A stretch of DNA of 64,000 bases from Acidobacteriota bacterium (GCA_019244185.1 JAFATB010000018.1:32001-96000), one strand, 5' to 3'. Positions 1 through 9,900 are shown, numbered from the stretch's first letter. The notes: a model not told the origin generated them from the letters alone. A program made the numbers and translations.

Positions 1-139
1 TTTGCAAGCGCACTGCCGACCTCGCCGGGACGTTCCAGCTGCGCTCGTCACTGACGGCCGCGTCCGCCGACAAACGTCCTGATTCAAGGAGCTTGCTTCC
101 GGAATCGGGGACGTATTAAATTGTTATCTGTAGTACTCC

Positions 140-1108
140 ATGACGGATCACGCACAGCTTCTCCTCGTCGAGGACGACGAGAATCTCTCGCTCCTTCTGC
201 GCCGGCGGCTCGAGCGCGCCGGGTATGTCGTGCGCACGGCGGGGACGATCGCCGAAGCGCGCGCCGCGGCCCGGGTCATGCCGTGGGACCTCGTGCTGCT
301 CGACCGCGGACTGCCCGACGGCGACGGCTTCGAGCTCTGTCGCGAGCTGCGCGCGGCGTCTCCGCACGGCTACATCATCCTGCTCACGGGCGAGTCGAGC
401 GACGAAGCGAAGCTCGACGGGTTCCGCAGCGGCGCGGACGACTACGTCACGAAGCCGTTCCTCCACGAGGAGCTCTTCGCGCGCATCCGCGCCGGCATCC
501 GCATCGTGACGCTGCAGCGCGCGCTGCTCGAGTCGAACCGCCGCCTCGAGGAGCTCTCGCTCACCGACGGCCTCACCGCGCTGCGCAACCGCCGCGCGTT
601 CGACGAAGAGCTCGCCGCCGCGCACGAGCTCGCGCGCCGCTACGACCGGCCGCTGTCGCTGGCGATCATCGACGTCGATCACTTCAAGGGGATGAACGAC
701 ACGCACGGCCACGCCGCGGGCGACGCGGTGCTGCGCGCGGTGGCGCAGCTCATCGCCGGCAGCACGCGCGCGACCGATTTCGTGGCGCGCATCGGCGGCG
801 AGGAGTTCGCGGTGCTGCTCCCGGAAACCGGCCTCTTTGACGCGATGCAGTTCGCGGAGAAGATCCGCGCGTCCGTCGCCGCGGCTACGATCCGCACGGG
901 CGAGGTCGCGCATCGCATCACCGTCAGCGTCGGCATCGCCAGCGAGCCGCATACGTCGATCACGAACGCGACGTGTCTGTTCGAGGCGGCGGATCAGGCG
1001 CTGTACCGCGCGAAGCAGAACGGCCGCAACCGCGTCGAGCTCGAACGGCGCCGCGCGCCGCGCAAAGTGGCCGCGGCGGCGCGGCCTCTCCAGATCGCAA
1101 CGTCATAG
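140..1108 (+). CDS. Response-regulator diguanylate cyclase (REC-GGDEF)
   Basis: N-terminal REC domain (LLVEDD, LVLLD, TKP); GGDEF domain with DVDHFK, NDTHGH, RxxD I-site (RATD) and GGEEF. Confidence 0.93.
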   Translation: MTDHAQLLLVEDDENLSLLLRRRLERAGYVVRTAGTIAEARAAARVMPWDLVLLDRGLPDGDGFELCRELRAASPHGYIILLTGESSDEAKLDGFRSGADDYVTKPFLHEELFARIRAGIRIVTLQRALLESNRRLEELSLTDGLTALRNRRAFDEELAAAHELARRYDRPLSLAIIDVDHFKGMNDTHGHAAGDAVLRAVAQLIAGSTRATDFVARIGGEEFAVLLPETGLFDAMQFAEKIRASVAAATIRTGEVAHRITVSVGIASEPHTSITNATCLFEAADQALYRAKQNGRNRVELERRRAPRKVAAAARPLQIATS

Positions 1109-1143
1109 AGCGCAGCCGCCATCCGACGAAGCGAAGTCCAGAG

Positions 1144-1245
1144 CAGCCGCACGTGCGGATAGGCTCGGCCTTTAGCGCAGCCGGCCGGGCCGGCCAGCCG
1201 CACGTGCGGATAGGCTAGGCCCTTAGCGCTGTCGGCCGGGCCGAC
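1144..1245. repeat. Two tandem REP-like units (about 51-bp period) between convergent genes
   Basis: cagccgcacgtgcggataggct(c/a)ggcc(t/c)ttagcgc starts at 1144 and 1195; palindromic core CCGCACGTGCGG; same family recurs at 7137-7287. Confidence 0.8.
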
Positions 1246-1265
1246 CGGCCGCGCCGGCCTGCAGC

Positions 1266-2603
1266 TCATTCGCCTTCGTTGGGGTCGACGGTGGCGGCGG
1301 CGGTGAGCTCGGCCGATGCGGCCGCGTACTCCGGCAGCTCCGCATCCGTCTTCACGTACTGCGCGACCAGCTCGCGCGTGTTGAAGACGGCCAGCTTCTC
1401 CATCAGGAACTCGAACTTTGCCTCGATCGCGTCGACGATCGGCTGCTTCGCGGACGCGGGAAGGTCCCACATCTGCTGCTTGAACGGACCGATCGCCTTC
1501 TTGCGCGTCTTGTAGACGAACTGCTCGTCCGTCTCGCCCGCCTTGCGTTCGTCGAGGCAATGCTCGAAGCAGAAATTGCGGATCGCTTCCTTCATCTCGG
1601 CGGGCAGCGACGGCGCGTCGAGGATCATGTTCTGGAAGCCGGTGGCGAGATGGATCTCCACCGCGTTGTTTTCGGGGAAATGATTGAAGACCTCCTCGGG
1701 CAGCGTCGACGCGCCGTGCTGCACCGAGCCGGCGATGTGGTATTCGCCGCGGCAGATCTCCGTCGTCGTGCGCAGCACGCCGAAGTCGATCTTCGCCGCG
1801 GCGATGGTGCCGTCGGCCATCGGCACTCCGCCGTGCGACGTGCCGGTCTGCACCGAAATCTTCGCGATGCCGGGATCGCCGCCGAGCTCGCGCCGCAGGC
1901 CGTCGACGTACGCGCGGACTTCATCGGGCGTCGTGTTGTACTTGCCGACCTCGCCGATCTCGCCGCCGATGGAGACCTCGACGCCGCGCGGCTGCCGCTC
2001 GCGGATGTACTTCGTGAAATGCGCGGTGTAGGTGTAGTTCGTGTGCTGCTGCTCGTCGCGCGTCGGGAACGAGAGATCGACGAGCGTCGAGGTGTCGATG
2101 TCGATGTTGTAGAACTCCGCGGCGAGCGCCTCGTCGATGAGCGACTCGAGCGCCTTCACTTCCGCCGCGCGTCCGTCGTCGGTGGCCCACTTCTTCGCGC
2201 TGGCCTGGAAGTGATCTCCCTGAATGAAGACCGGACCCGTGTAGCCTTCCGCGAGCGCCGCGGCGAGGACGCACGCCGCGTACTCGCCGGGACGCTGTTC
2301 GGTGTAGCCGATCTCCGAGCGCGCGATCTCGAAGATGAACGCGCCGACGTCGTGGCGCATCGCCGCGCGGAACAGCGCCCGCGCGACGTCGTACGTCAGC
2401 GCGCGGATGTTGAACGCCGGCACGGTGAAGCGCCGCTGGATCTCGTCGCGGCCGAGCGCCTGATACAGCGGATAGATCGACGACGGCACAGCGCCGCTCT
2501 GCCGCGCGCGATGGTGGATCGTCTTGCGTGCTTCTGCCTTTGCCGAGGCATCGCTGCTGAAGACCGCCGTCCGGACCAGGCTATCGATTTCTGCGTCGCT
2601 CAT
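1266..2603 (-). CDS. Class II fructose-bisphosphate aldolase family protein
   Basis: VPAFN, QGDHF, GGEIGEVG, GTSHGG and VQHGAS motifs; start at MSDAEI (2603), or 2633 if coupled to the upstream stop. Confidence 0.88.
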   Translation of the reverse strand: MSDAEIDSLVRTAVFSSDASAKAEARKTIHHRARQSGAVPSSIYPLYQALGRDEIQRRFTVPAFNIRALTYDVARALFRAAMRHDVGAFIFEIARSEIGYTEQRPGEYAACVLAAALAEGYTGPVFIQGDHFQASAKKWATDDGRAAEVKALESLIDEALAAEFYNIDIDTSTLVDLSFPTRDEQQHTNYTYTAHFTKYIRERQPRGVEVSIGGEIGEVGKYNTTPDEVRAYVDGLRRELGGDPGIAKISVQTGTSHGGVPMADGTIAAAKIDFGVLRTTTEICRGEYHIAGSVQHGASTLPEEVFNHFPENNAVEIHLATGFQNMILDAPSLPAEMKEAIRNFCFEHCLDERKAGETDEQFVYKTRKKAIGPFKQQMWDLPASAKQPIVDAIEAKFEFLMEKLAVFNTRELVAQYVKTDAELPEYAAASAELTAAATVDPNEGE

Positions 2604-2629
2604 GGCGGCGCACTCTAGCAAAATTCGCT

Positions 2630-4342
2630 TCATTTGACGGCGGGCAGCACGTACTGCGGGAACAGCTTGTTCTGCGCGACCATCGTGGCCGGGCCGTCGC
2701 CGTAGTTGCCGCCGAAGAACGCGGCGGCGAGGTCGAGCTCCGGCACGATCATCACCACCTGCCCGCCGTTGCCCGCCGCATAGACCACGCGCACCTTTCG
2801 GTCGCGGTACGGCATCTCCTCGACGTACCAGAGGCGTCCGTACTTGCGGTTGCCGAAGTCGTACAGCGGCGAGGTCGAATGCTTCACCCAATCAGCGCTC
2901 ACGATCTGCTGGCCGTGCCACTTGCCGCCGTCGAGATAGAGCTGCCCGAACTTCAGGAAGTCGCGCGGCGTGAAGCGCGCGCCGCCGCCCATGTACGCGT
3001 CGCCGGTCGGCGTGAGCCAGAGCCCGTACCGGCGGATCTGCAGCGGCGCGGCGACGGCGTCGCGGAAGAGATCGGCCAGCCAGCGGCCGCGCACGCGCTG
3101 CAGGACGCCGCCGGCGAGGTTCGGCTGGCAGCTGCAATAGACCATCTTCACGCCCGGCTCGCGGATGCTCTTCAGATCCAGCGTGTAGCGGTACCAGTCG
3201 GGCTGCGCCTCCTGGTTCTGCATCACGTCTTCGTTGCCGGGCGAGTCGTCGTCGTTGTCGTCGCAGTCGAGTCCCGACGTCTGCGTGAGCAGGTGCTCGA
3301 GCGTCAGCGCGCTCTTGCGCGGATCGGCGTTGGGCGTGCCGGTCATCGTCGCGTACACGGGCGTCGACGCGTCGACGTGCAGCGCGCCCGCGAGGACGTC
3401 GGTGACCGACTTCGCCGCCGAGCGCGTGTCGTGCGGCTCGTCGGGACTGGCGCCGTGAAAGTACTCCTCGACCACGAGCTTGCCGTGGCGGGCGACGAGC
3501 AGCGCGTGGATGTCGGACGAGCGCACCGACTCGACCGGCATGCTGGTCAAGAGGTTGACCAACGTCGTGACGGCGGCGCGATCGATCCCGACGTCGTCGA
3601 TGGACGCGACGGTCCAGCCGTCGTCGCGCGCGAGCGGCTTGCGATAGACGTACGGCGCGGGCGTCTTGCCGCGCGGATAGAACGCCGCCTCGTCCGCCGC
3701 CGACGCGCGCGTGAAGTCGTACGTGCCGCCGAGCCACGGGAACGACATCGACAGCACGTCGTTCTCGGCGTCGTACCGGCCGCCGGCGATGCCGCGGCCG
3801 CCCTTCCCGGTGAACGTCACGCGTTCGCCGTCGACGGTGATGGTTTCCGGGTTGTTGCGCAGGCCGATGTTGCGCTCCGGATTGCGCAGGAATCCCGAGA
3901 GCTTGCCCGACGCGTCGCGCGCGATCGACAGATACAGCGCGACGTGATCGTCGAGCGGCGCGACGGTGCCGCGATAGAGCGCGGGCGACACGGCGTCGAG
4001 CGTCACCGGCGTCGCCATCGAGCCGGGGAACGAATACGCGCGGGGCTGGATCCAGTGTCCGACGATGCGCTTCTGCGCGAGCGTGCCGCGGAAACGTCCC
4101 TCGTCGTTCGGCAGCGCGAACGTGACGTTCGCGCCGTCGACCGCCACGTCCGCCTCGCGTCCCGCGATTTGCGCGCGCCACGCGTTGCCGTCGCGCACGA
4201 GCTCCAGCGTGCCGCGTATGGACGGTCCAAAATCGCGGCGCGCCGCCCACAAGCCCACGAGCGACGGCGGCTCCGCGGCAGTTGGTGTTTGTGCCGCGAA
4301 GAGCGGCATGGCCAGCGAGAGAACGAGCATGAGTGCCTTCAT
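2630..4342 (-). CDS. Exported serine hydrolase, beta-lactamase class C-like, with extra N-terminal region
   Basis: Signal peptide MKALMLVLSLAMPLFAA; SxxK (RSAAKS); LLTQTSGL; GNGGQ; ATGA overlap with the GntR stop. Confidence 0.88.
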   Translation of the reverse strand: MKALMLVLSLAMPLFAAQTPTAAEPPSLVGLWAARRDFGPSIRGTLELVRDGNAWRAQIAGREADVAVDGANVTFALPNDEGRFRGTLAQKRIVGHWIQPRAYSFPGSMATPVTLDAVSPALYRGTVAPLDDHVALYLSIARDASGKLSGFLRNPERNIGLRNNPETITVDGERVTFTGKGGRGIAGGRYDAENDVLSMSFPWLGGTYDFTRASAADEAAFYPRGKTPAPYVYRKPLARDDGWTVASIDDVGIDRAAVTTLVNLLTSMPVESVRSSDIHALLVARHGKLVVEEYFHGASPDEPHDTRSAAKSVTDVLAGALHVDASTPVYATMTGTPNADPRKSALTLEHLLTQTSGLDCDDNDDDSPGNEDVMQNQEAQPDWYRYTLDLKSIREPGVKMVYCSCQPNLAGGVLQRVRGRWLADLFRDAVAAPLQIRRYGLWLTPTGDAYMGGGARFTPRDFLKFGQLYLDGGKWHGQQIVSADWVKHSTSPLYDFGNRKYGRLWYVEEMPYRDRKVRVVYAAGNGGQVVMIVPELDLAAAFFGGNYGDGPATMVAQNKLFPQYVLPAVK

Positions 4343-4992
4343 GAGGAAGCCTGCCTTTCCAGCCAGTCGACGAGCGGCCCTTTGCCGCTCTGCATGTTTT
4401 TCCGCAGCGCCGCGCACGCGCCGCGGAGATCGCGTTTGCGAAGTTTCGCGAGCACGAGGTCGTGCTCGTGCGCGGTGTTGCCCACGTTCGTCTCGTCGCG
4501 CATGAGCGCCAGCTCGTAGCGTCGCGTGCGGCGGATGAAGTGCTGGATGAGATCGAGGAGCACGCGGTTCGGGCAGTCCGCGAGCAGCTCGAGGTGGAAG
4601 CGGTCGTCGAGCGCGATGATGTCTGCCGGTTTGCGCGCCTTGCGCAGCGACTCGTTGATGGCCGTCAGCGCGCGCAACCGCTCCGCCGAGGGCAATCCCG
4701 CCAGCCGCAGCGCCTCGGGATCGAGCAGAGCGCGCATCGGATAGATCTGCTCGAGCTCCTCCCGCGTCAGCGGCGCCACGTAAAACCCGAAGCGCGCCTG
4801 CACGGTCAGCGCGCCCTCGGACACGAGCCGCATCAGCGCCTCGCGCAGCGGCGTGCGGCTGATCCCGAGCGCCGCCGCGAGATGGACCTCGTTGATCCGC
4901 GATCCCGCCGCGAGCCGCCCGTCCACGATCATCTCCCGCAGCGTCTCCGCGATCGATTCGCTGAGGTTCGGCCGTTCCTGCATCTTCTGCAT
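4339..4992 (-). CDS. GntR family transcriptional regulator (FCD domain)
   Basis: wHTH LGISRTPLREAL; FCD-type DDRFH and EHDLVL. Confidence 0.93.
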   Translation of the reverse strand: MQKMQERPNLSESIAETLREMIVDGRLAAGSRINEVHLAAALGISRTPLREALMRLVSEGALTVQARFGFYVAPLTREELEQIYPMRALLDPEALRLAGLPSAERLRALTAINESLRKARKPADIIALDDRFHLELLADCPNRVLLDLIQHFIRRTRRYELALMRDETNVGNTAHEHDLVLAKLRKRDLRGACAALRKNMQSGKGPLVDWLERQASS

Positions 4993-5011
4993 ATTGCATA
5001 CTGTATACAGT
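4988..5011. promoter_or_regulatory. Putative GntR autoregulatory operator
   Basis: Perfect palindrome ACTGTATACAGT (5000-5011) next to TGCATATTGCA, directly at the gntR start, AT-rich in a high-GC context. Confidence 0.55.
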
Positions 5012-5053
5012 TCATACGGAGAAGGCGAACGAAGGTTAGGGGTGCGGGGAAAA

Positions 5054-5428
5054 TCAGCGGGAGGTGGCGCCGATGTGGGCGCGGATGGTCTCGACGAGCG
5101 ACGGCACGTCGAACGGCTTGAGCACCGCCGCGGTCGCGCCGATGGCGCGCAGCTCGTCCGGCTCGATCGGCTCGCCGCTCAGCATCAGCACCGGCACGCC
5201 ATCGAGGCCGTCCGCGCGCAGCGCGTGCAACACTTCGTCGCCCGACATTCCGGGCATGTTGCGGTCGAGCAGGATGATGTCCGGCGACTGCGCGCGCACG
5301 CTGGCAATCGCTTCCGGCCCGCTCGCCGCCGCACGTGCCTCGAAGCCGAATTCGCGCAAGAGATTGCGCATCAGCAGGAGAATCGGCGCGTCATCGTCGA
5401 CCACCAGGACAGTTGGACGTTCGGCCAT
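5054..5428 (-). CDS. Single-domain response regulator (CheY-like)
   Basis: VLVVDDD, ILLDRNMPGMSG, LKPF. Confidence 0.9.
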   Translation of the reverse strand: MAERPTVLVVDDDAPILLLMRNLLREFGFEARAAASGPEAIASVRAQSPDIILLDRNMPGMSGDEVLHALRADGLDGVPVLMLSGEPIEPDELRAIGATAAVLKPFDVPSLVETIRAHIGATSR

Positions 5429-5492
5429 TGGACGGACGGTCGCGAGTGTAACAGAACTCCCTGGGCGCTTACGCCGCGTGTAAAGTAAGCAG

Positions 5493-6176
5493 ATGCCGAT
5501 TCGACACGACCGGAAGGTCAGCATTCTCGACGTCATGGGACCGGTCATGGTCGGCCCGTCGAGCTCGCATACGGCCGGCACCGCGCGCCTCGGCCGCGTC
5601 GCGCGCGAGATCCTCGACGAGGACCCGCTCGAGGTGCATTTCCACCTCCACCCGCCCCTCGCCGCGACCTATCGCGGGCACGGCTCCGACTTCGCGCTCG
5701 TCGGCGGCGCGATCGGCCTCAACGTCGACGACCCGCGCATCCCCGAGGCGATCCGCATCGCCGAGCAGATGGGCGTGAAGATCGAGTTCGCCGAAGAGGA
5801 CCTCGGCGAGGTGCACCCGAACACGGTGCGCGTCGAGATCCGCGGACCGAATCGCGAGGCCGAGATCGTCGGCTCGTCGATCGGCGGCGGCGTGATCGAG
5901 GTCTTCAAGATCAACGGCTTCCAGACGCGCTTCAAAGGCGACTCGCCGACGCTGCTGCTGTTCTACCGCGACCGCCCGCGCATGATCGCGGAGGTGACCG
6001 GCATCATCGGCGACGAGGTCATCAACATCGCCTCGCTTTATTGCTCGCGCAAGCAGCGCGGCAAGGACGCATTCATGCAGATCGACGTCGATTCGCCGAT
6101 CTCGGCCGCGGCGCTGGCGCGCATACGCGCCATGGCCGACGTGGCCGAGGCGCGGTATCTCGATCGAATACCGTGA
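5493..6176 (+). CDS. sdaAB: L-serine dehydratase, Fe-S dependent, beta subunit with C-terminal ACT domain
   Basis: GPVMVGPSSSHTAG, TYRGHGSD, HPNT, SIGGG. Confidence 0.95.
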   Translation: MPIRHDRKVSILDVMGPVMVGPSSSHTAGTARLGRVAREILDEDPLEVHFHLHPPLAATYRGHGSDFALVGGAIGLNVDDPRIPEAIRIAEQMGVKIEFAEEDLGEVHPNTVRVEIRGPNREAEIVGSSIGGGVIEVFKINGFQTRFKGDSPTLLLFYRDRPRMIAEVTGIIGDEVINIASLYCSRKQRGKDAFMQIDVDSPISAAALARIRAMADVAEARYLDRIP

Positions 6177-6201
6177 TGCGTTTCGCCGTTACCTGAGGCG
6201 C

Positions 6202-7137
6202 ATGATCGAATCGTTTCAGCATCTCGAAGAGCTCGCACGCGACCGCGACCTCGCCGACGTTTTCCTCGAAATGGACGAGCAGGAGCACGCCGTCCCCGCC
6301 GACATGATCGTCGAGGCGCTCCGCAAACGCCGCGCGGTGATGCGCGACTGCGTGGAGCGCGGCAAGAACGGCGGCGAGTCGATGGGCAAGCTCGTCGGCC
6401 ACGAGGCGCGCCTGCTCAACGAGGCGTTCCGCTCCGGCAGGACGTTCCTCGATCCGCTGACCGTCAAAGCGGAGCTCTACGCGCTGTCCGTGATGGGCGA
6501 GAACGCGCGCATGGGCGTGATCGTCGCCGCGCCGACCGCGGGCGCTGGCGGGATCGTCCCCGGGATGCTCCTGGCGCTCGAAGAGGAGCGCAACATCGAT
6601 CCCGAACGCACGGTGCGCGCGCTCGTCGTCGCCGGCGGCATCGGCTCGATCATCGCGCTCTCCGCGAACATCTCCGGCGCCGCGGGCGGCTGCCAGAATG
6701 AAGTCGGCGTCGCATCCTCCATGGGCGCGGCCGGCGTCGCGTACATGATGGGCGGCACGACACACCAGTCGATCCACGCCGCGGCAATCGCGCTCAAGAA
6801 CACGCTCGGCCTGGTCTGCGACCCGGTCGGCGGTCTCGTGGAAGTGCCGTGTGTGAAGCGCAACGCGCTCTTCGCCGTGCACGGCCTCACCGCCGCGCAA
6901 CTCGCACTCGCCGGTGTCGATTCCGTGATTCCGATGGACGAGATCGTGGAAGCGATGGTCCGCATCGGCCGGTCGCTCCCGCGCGGTCTCCGCGAAACCG
7001 CGGAAGGCGGCCTCGCGACGACCGAGACCGGCACCGCGATCGCGCTCCGCCTCAAGGAAGAAGCGAACCGCCGCCGCGCCGAACGTGCCGCTGAACGCGA
7101 ACGCGCGGCGCAGGAGCGGAAGACGGGAACGACGTAG
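6202..7137 (+). CDS. sdaAA: L-serine dehydratase, Fe-S dependent, alpha subunit
   Basis: AAPTAG, GGCQNEVG, LGLVCDPVGGLVEVPCVKRN, RETAEGGLA. Confidence 0.95.
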   Translation: MIESFQHLEELARDRDLADVFLEMDEQEHAVPADMIVEALRKRRAVMRDCVERGKNGGESMGKLVGHEARLLNEAFRSGRTFLDPLTVKAELYALSVMGENARMGVIVAAPTAGAGGIVPGMLLALEEERNIDPERTVRALVVAGGIGSIIALSANISGAAGGCQNEVGVASSMGAAGVAYMMGGTTHQSIHAAAIALKNTLGLVCDPVGGLVEVPCVKRNALFAVHGLTAAQLALAGVDSVIPMDEIVEAMVRIGRSLPRGLRETAEGGLATTETGTAIALRLKEEANRRRAERAAERERAAQERKTGTT

Positions 7138-7287
7138 AGCGCCTCCGGCGGGCCGGCGCGGCCGGCTGCGCTAAGGGCTTAGCCCGTACGCACGTGCGGC
7201 TGCAGTCAATCGCGTTCAGAGTAGCCGCACGTGCGAATAGGCTAGGCCCTTAGCGCAGCCGGCCGCGCCGGCCCGCCGGAGGCGCTC
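7137..7287. repeat. REPIN-like inverted pair of REP units between convergent genes
   Basis: About 67-bp imperfect inverted arms 7137-7203 and 7221-7287; right arm starts GTAG followed by CCGCACGTGCG; same core as 1144/1195. Confidence 0.82.
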
Positions 7288-7296
7288 CTCGTCGTC

Positions 7297-9900
7297 CTAC
7301 GGGTAATACCCGCGGATCGTCTTCACCTTGCCTTCCGCCACTTGCACGCTCACTTCGTGCCACTTGCCGCCGGCTTTCACGTCGGCAGCGGGGTAGAAGC
7401 CGAGCACGTATTGCGAGCGGAGCTCCGACTCGATCTCCGCGTAGATCTTCGCGAGATCGTTCGCCTCGTCGATGTAATACGACGCGCCGCCGGTATCGCC
7501 GCAGATGTGATTCAGCTTCTGCCGCACATCGAGCTCGGACCCGCGGATGCCGATGCCGATCGCGTAGATCGGAACGGCGGCGCGCTGCGCATACTCGCGC
7601 GCCTGTTCGAACGTGAACTTCGACGCCGTGTCCTTGCCGTCGGTCACGAGCACGAGCGCCTTCTGCCCTTTCACGCCGACGAAGTTGTAGAGCGAGTACA
7701 CGATTGCGTCGTAGAGCGCCGTCGACTCCTCGGGGCGCATGCGCGCGAGGCCGGAGTAGATGTCCTTGATCTCGTTCGACCACTTCTGCACGAGGTGCGG
7801 CTGCGCGTCGAAGGAGACGAGGAACGCCTTGTCACCCTTCTTGAGCACGTGCTGGAAAAACTGCGCGCCGGCGTCGCGCGCGGCGGCCATGCGCGGCTCC
7901 ATCGAGCCGGACGTATCGACGGCCATCCCGATGGAAAGCGGGAGATTCGTCACGTGCTCGAACTTCGCGAGCTTCACCGGCTGCCCCTCGTCGAAGACCT
8001 TGAACGCGTTCTCGCCGAGGTCATTCTTCGGCTTGCCGCCGACGAGGACGGTGGTGGGGAGCTCGACGAGATGCACGTCGACGGTCTCCATGTAGTCGGG
8101 CGTGTTCACCATCACCACGTCTTCGACCGGATCGACCTCGGGGTCCTTGAGCTTCGCCACCGCGCGGAGATAGCCGACTCCGTCGCTCGCGGGGATGTTC
8201 ACCGTCTGCACGTACGGCGGATCGAACATCGTCGCGACGCGGGTCTGATTCCAGTACAGCTCCACGCCGTCGAGCTGCTTGCCCTCGGGGACTTTCACTT
8301 CGAGCTCGACGCGCGTCGGGCCGCTCAGTTTCGGCGCGATGCGCGGCGAGGCGATGCGCACGCGGAAGGGATCGGTGCCGGTGTTGACGACGATCTCGTC
8401 GCCGGTGATCGGCTGCTCGTGCGAGTCGATGGCGACCGCGCGCACGCGGCGTGAACGCGGCACGGTGCCGAAGTCGAGGTCGAGCGTGTAAGGAGGTGAG
8501 CGCCGCGTGGCGATCTTCTTGCCGTCGAGCCAGAACTCCACGCCGCTGATGCCGGTGCCGCTGACGATCGTCTGGATGGTCTGGAAGCCGCTCGTGACGC
8601 CGTCGGCCAGCGGCACGATGCGCAGCTTCGCGCGCGTCGACTGCAGCTCCGTGTTCAGTGCCGCGATGGTCGCGCTTTCTTCCGACGGCTTGAGCGGACC
8701 GACGAGCGCGGGGACTTTCAGCTCGTTCTCGAGGATCGCCTGCGCGTTCGACGCGGGATCGGTCAGTTTCACGCGCGCCGTGTACGTCGCGGGGCGGAGG
8801 AAGCGGTCGATGACGATCGGCAGCTTCTCGTCCTTGATGTCGCCGGGAAAATCGAAGCGATAGCGGTACTTCTCCCACATCTTCCCGTCGCGCAGCACCT
8901 CGCCGACCACGTCGATCGTGTAGACCGAGACGCCGCTGACGGCGGTCGTCTTCAGCTGCGCGCGCGGCACCATGATCGTGAGCTGCGCGTCCGTCTTCTC
9001 CGATTCCATCGACGGGTACGAGACCGTGAGATCGGCGGCGAGCTTCGGCGCGTTCGGATCGGCGAGGACGACGGAGCGCAGCATGCGGTTCACGTCTTCG
9101 TCGTTGACCTTCGGCGGATCGAAGACCTGGAAGATGCGCTCCTTGTTCAACTGCATTTGATAGAGCGCGTTCGTCAGTTCCTCGGGGTTCTGGCAGTCGA
9201 TCATGACATTGCCGCCGCCGCCACCGATCGAGCCGGCGCCGCCGGCGACGATGTCATTGCTGCGGAGATCGTCCATCGCCATCGTGCCGCCGAGGGCGCT
9301 CCAGAGCTTGTACTCGCGATGATCGCGAGGGATGTAGAAGAGTAGGCGGACGTCGTGGCCGAAGCCCTCGATGTACTCGTACTTCCAGATTTGAATCGGC
9401 TGGAAGTGTTTCGGGCAGTTGACGCCGATCATGGCCGCCGGCGGGCCGTGCAGCAGATAGATGCGTCCGCGATCCGATGAGACCTGCTCGAAGTTTTCCT
9501 TCACGTACTCGAGCCGCTCGTAATAGTTGTCGCGCGCCGCGTGGTTCGTCGTCCCGCCCGCGATGTCGCGCCGCCGCCAGAAGTCGTCGATGTACGCATC
9601 GCGCTGCGCATCGGTCTCGAGCCGCAGAAACGTGTCCCGCTCCGCCGGATTGATGATCGGCTCCACGTCGCGCAGGAACTGCCGATACGCGTCGGGAAGC
9701 TTGGCGATGAGGTCCTTTTGTTCGCGGCGGGTGAGGGGAGTTGGTGTGTCGGCGGCGGAGAGTGGGCGGAGGGCGGCGATGAGAAGAAGAATGAAGAACG
9801 CAGAACGCAGAATGAAGAATTGAGAAAGCGCACCGCGCGCGGTCTCCTTTCTTAATTCTTCATTCTGCGTTCTGCGTTCTTCATTCAGCTTTTCTCTCAC
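7297..9900 (-). CDS. Exported GWxTD-like / Ig-like / VWA (MIDAS) domain protein, paralog 1
   Basis: FWRRRD..SDRGRIYLLHGPP..IWKY; MIDAS DTSGS, TALYDA, VTDG; ELRSQYVLGFYP; GTG at 9900 overlaps the upstream stop (GTGA); start is inferred. Confidence 0.82.
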   Translation of the reverse strand: MREKLNEERRTQNEELRKETARGALSQFFILRSAFFILLLIAALRPLSAADTPTPLTRREQKDLIAKLPDAYRQFLRDVEPIINPAERDTFLRLETDAQRDAYIDDFWRRRDIAGGTTNHAARDNYYERLEYVKENFEQVSSDRGRIYLLHGPPAAMIGVNCPKHFQPIQIWKYEYIEGFGHDVRLLFYIPRDHREYKLWSALGGTMAMDDLRSNDIVAGGAGSIGGGGGNVMIDCQNPEELTNALYQMQLNKERIFQVFDPPKVNDEDVNRMLRSVVLADPNAPKLAADLTVSYPSMESEKTDAQLTIMVPRAQLKTTAVSGVSVYTIDVVGEVLRDGKMWEKYRYRFDFPGDIKDEKLPIVIDRFLRPATYTARVKLTDPASNAQAILENELKVPALVGPLKPSEESATIAALNTELQSTRAKLRIVPLADGVTSGFQTIQTIVSGTGISGVEFWLDGKKIATRRSPPYTLDLDFGTVPRSRRVRAVAIDSHEQPITGDEIVVNTGTDPFRVRIASPRIAPKLSGPTRVELEVKVPEGKQLDGVELYWNQTRVATMFDPPYVQTVNIPASDGVGYLRAVAKLKDPEVDPVEDVVMVNTPDYMETVDVHLVELPTTVLVGGKPKNDLGENAFKVFDEGQPVKLAKFEHVTNLPLSIGMAVDTSGSMEPRMAAARDAGAQFFQHVLKKGDKAFLVSFDAQPHLVQKWSNEIKDIYSGLARMRPEESTALYDAIVYSLYNFVGVKGQKALVLVTDGKDTASKFTFEQAREYAQRAAVPIYAIGIGIRGSELDVRQKLNHICGDTGGASYYIDEANDLAKIYAEIESELRSQYVLGFYPAADVKAGGKWHEVSVQVAEGKVKTIRGYYP
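9789..9886. repeat. 40-bp inverted repeat built from AGAATGA/AGAACGC heptamers
   Basis: gaatgaagaacgcagaacgcagaatgaagaatt(g/a)agaaag at 9789-9828 and its reverse complement at 9847-9886, 1 mismatch. Confidence 0.88.

Noticed and set aside
1-139. c-di-GMP riboswitch upstream of the diguanylate cyclase
   Set aside because: No recognisable GEMM motif or terminator; region is cut by the window edge
1144-1245. Possible mini-CRISPR array
   Set aside because: Only two near-adjacent units, no unique spacers of proper length, no cas genes; recurs as an inverted pair, so REP-like
2630-4999. 789-aa ORF as a single protein
   Set aside because: The first about 220 codons overlap gntR in another frame; the real start with a signal peptide is at 4342
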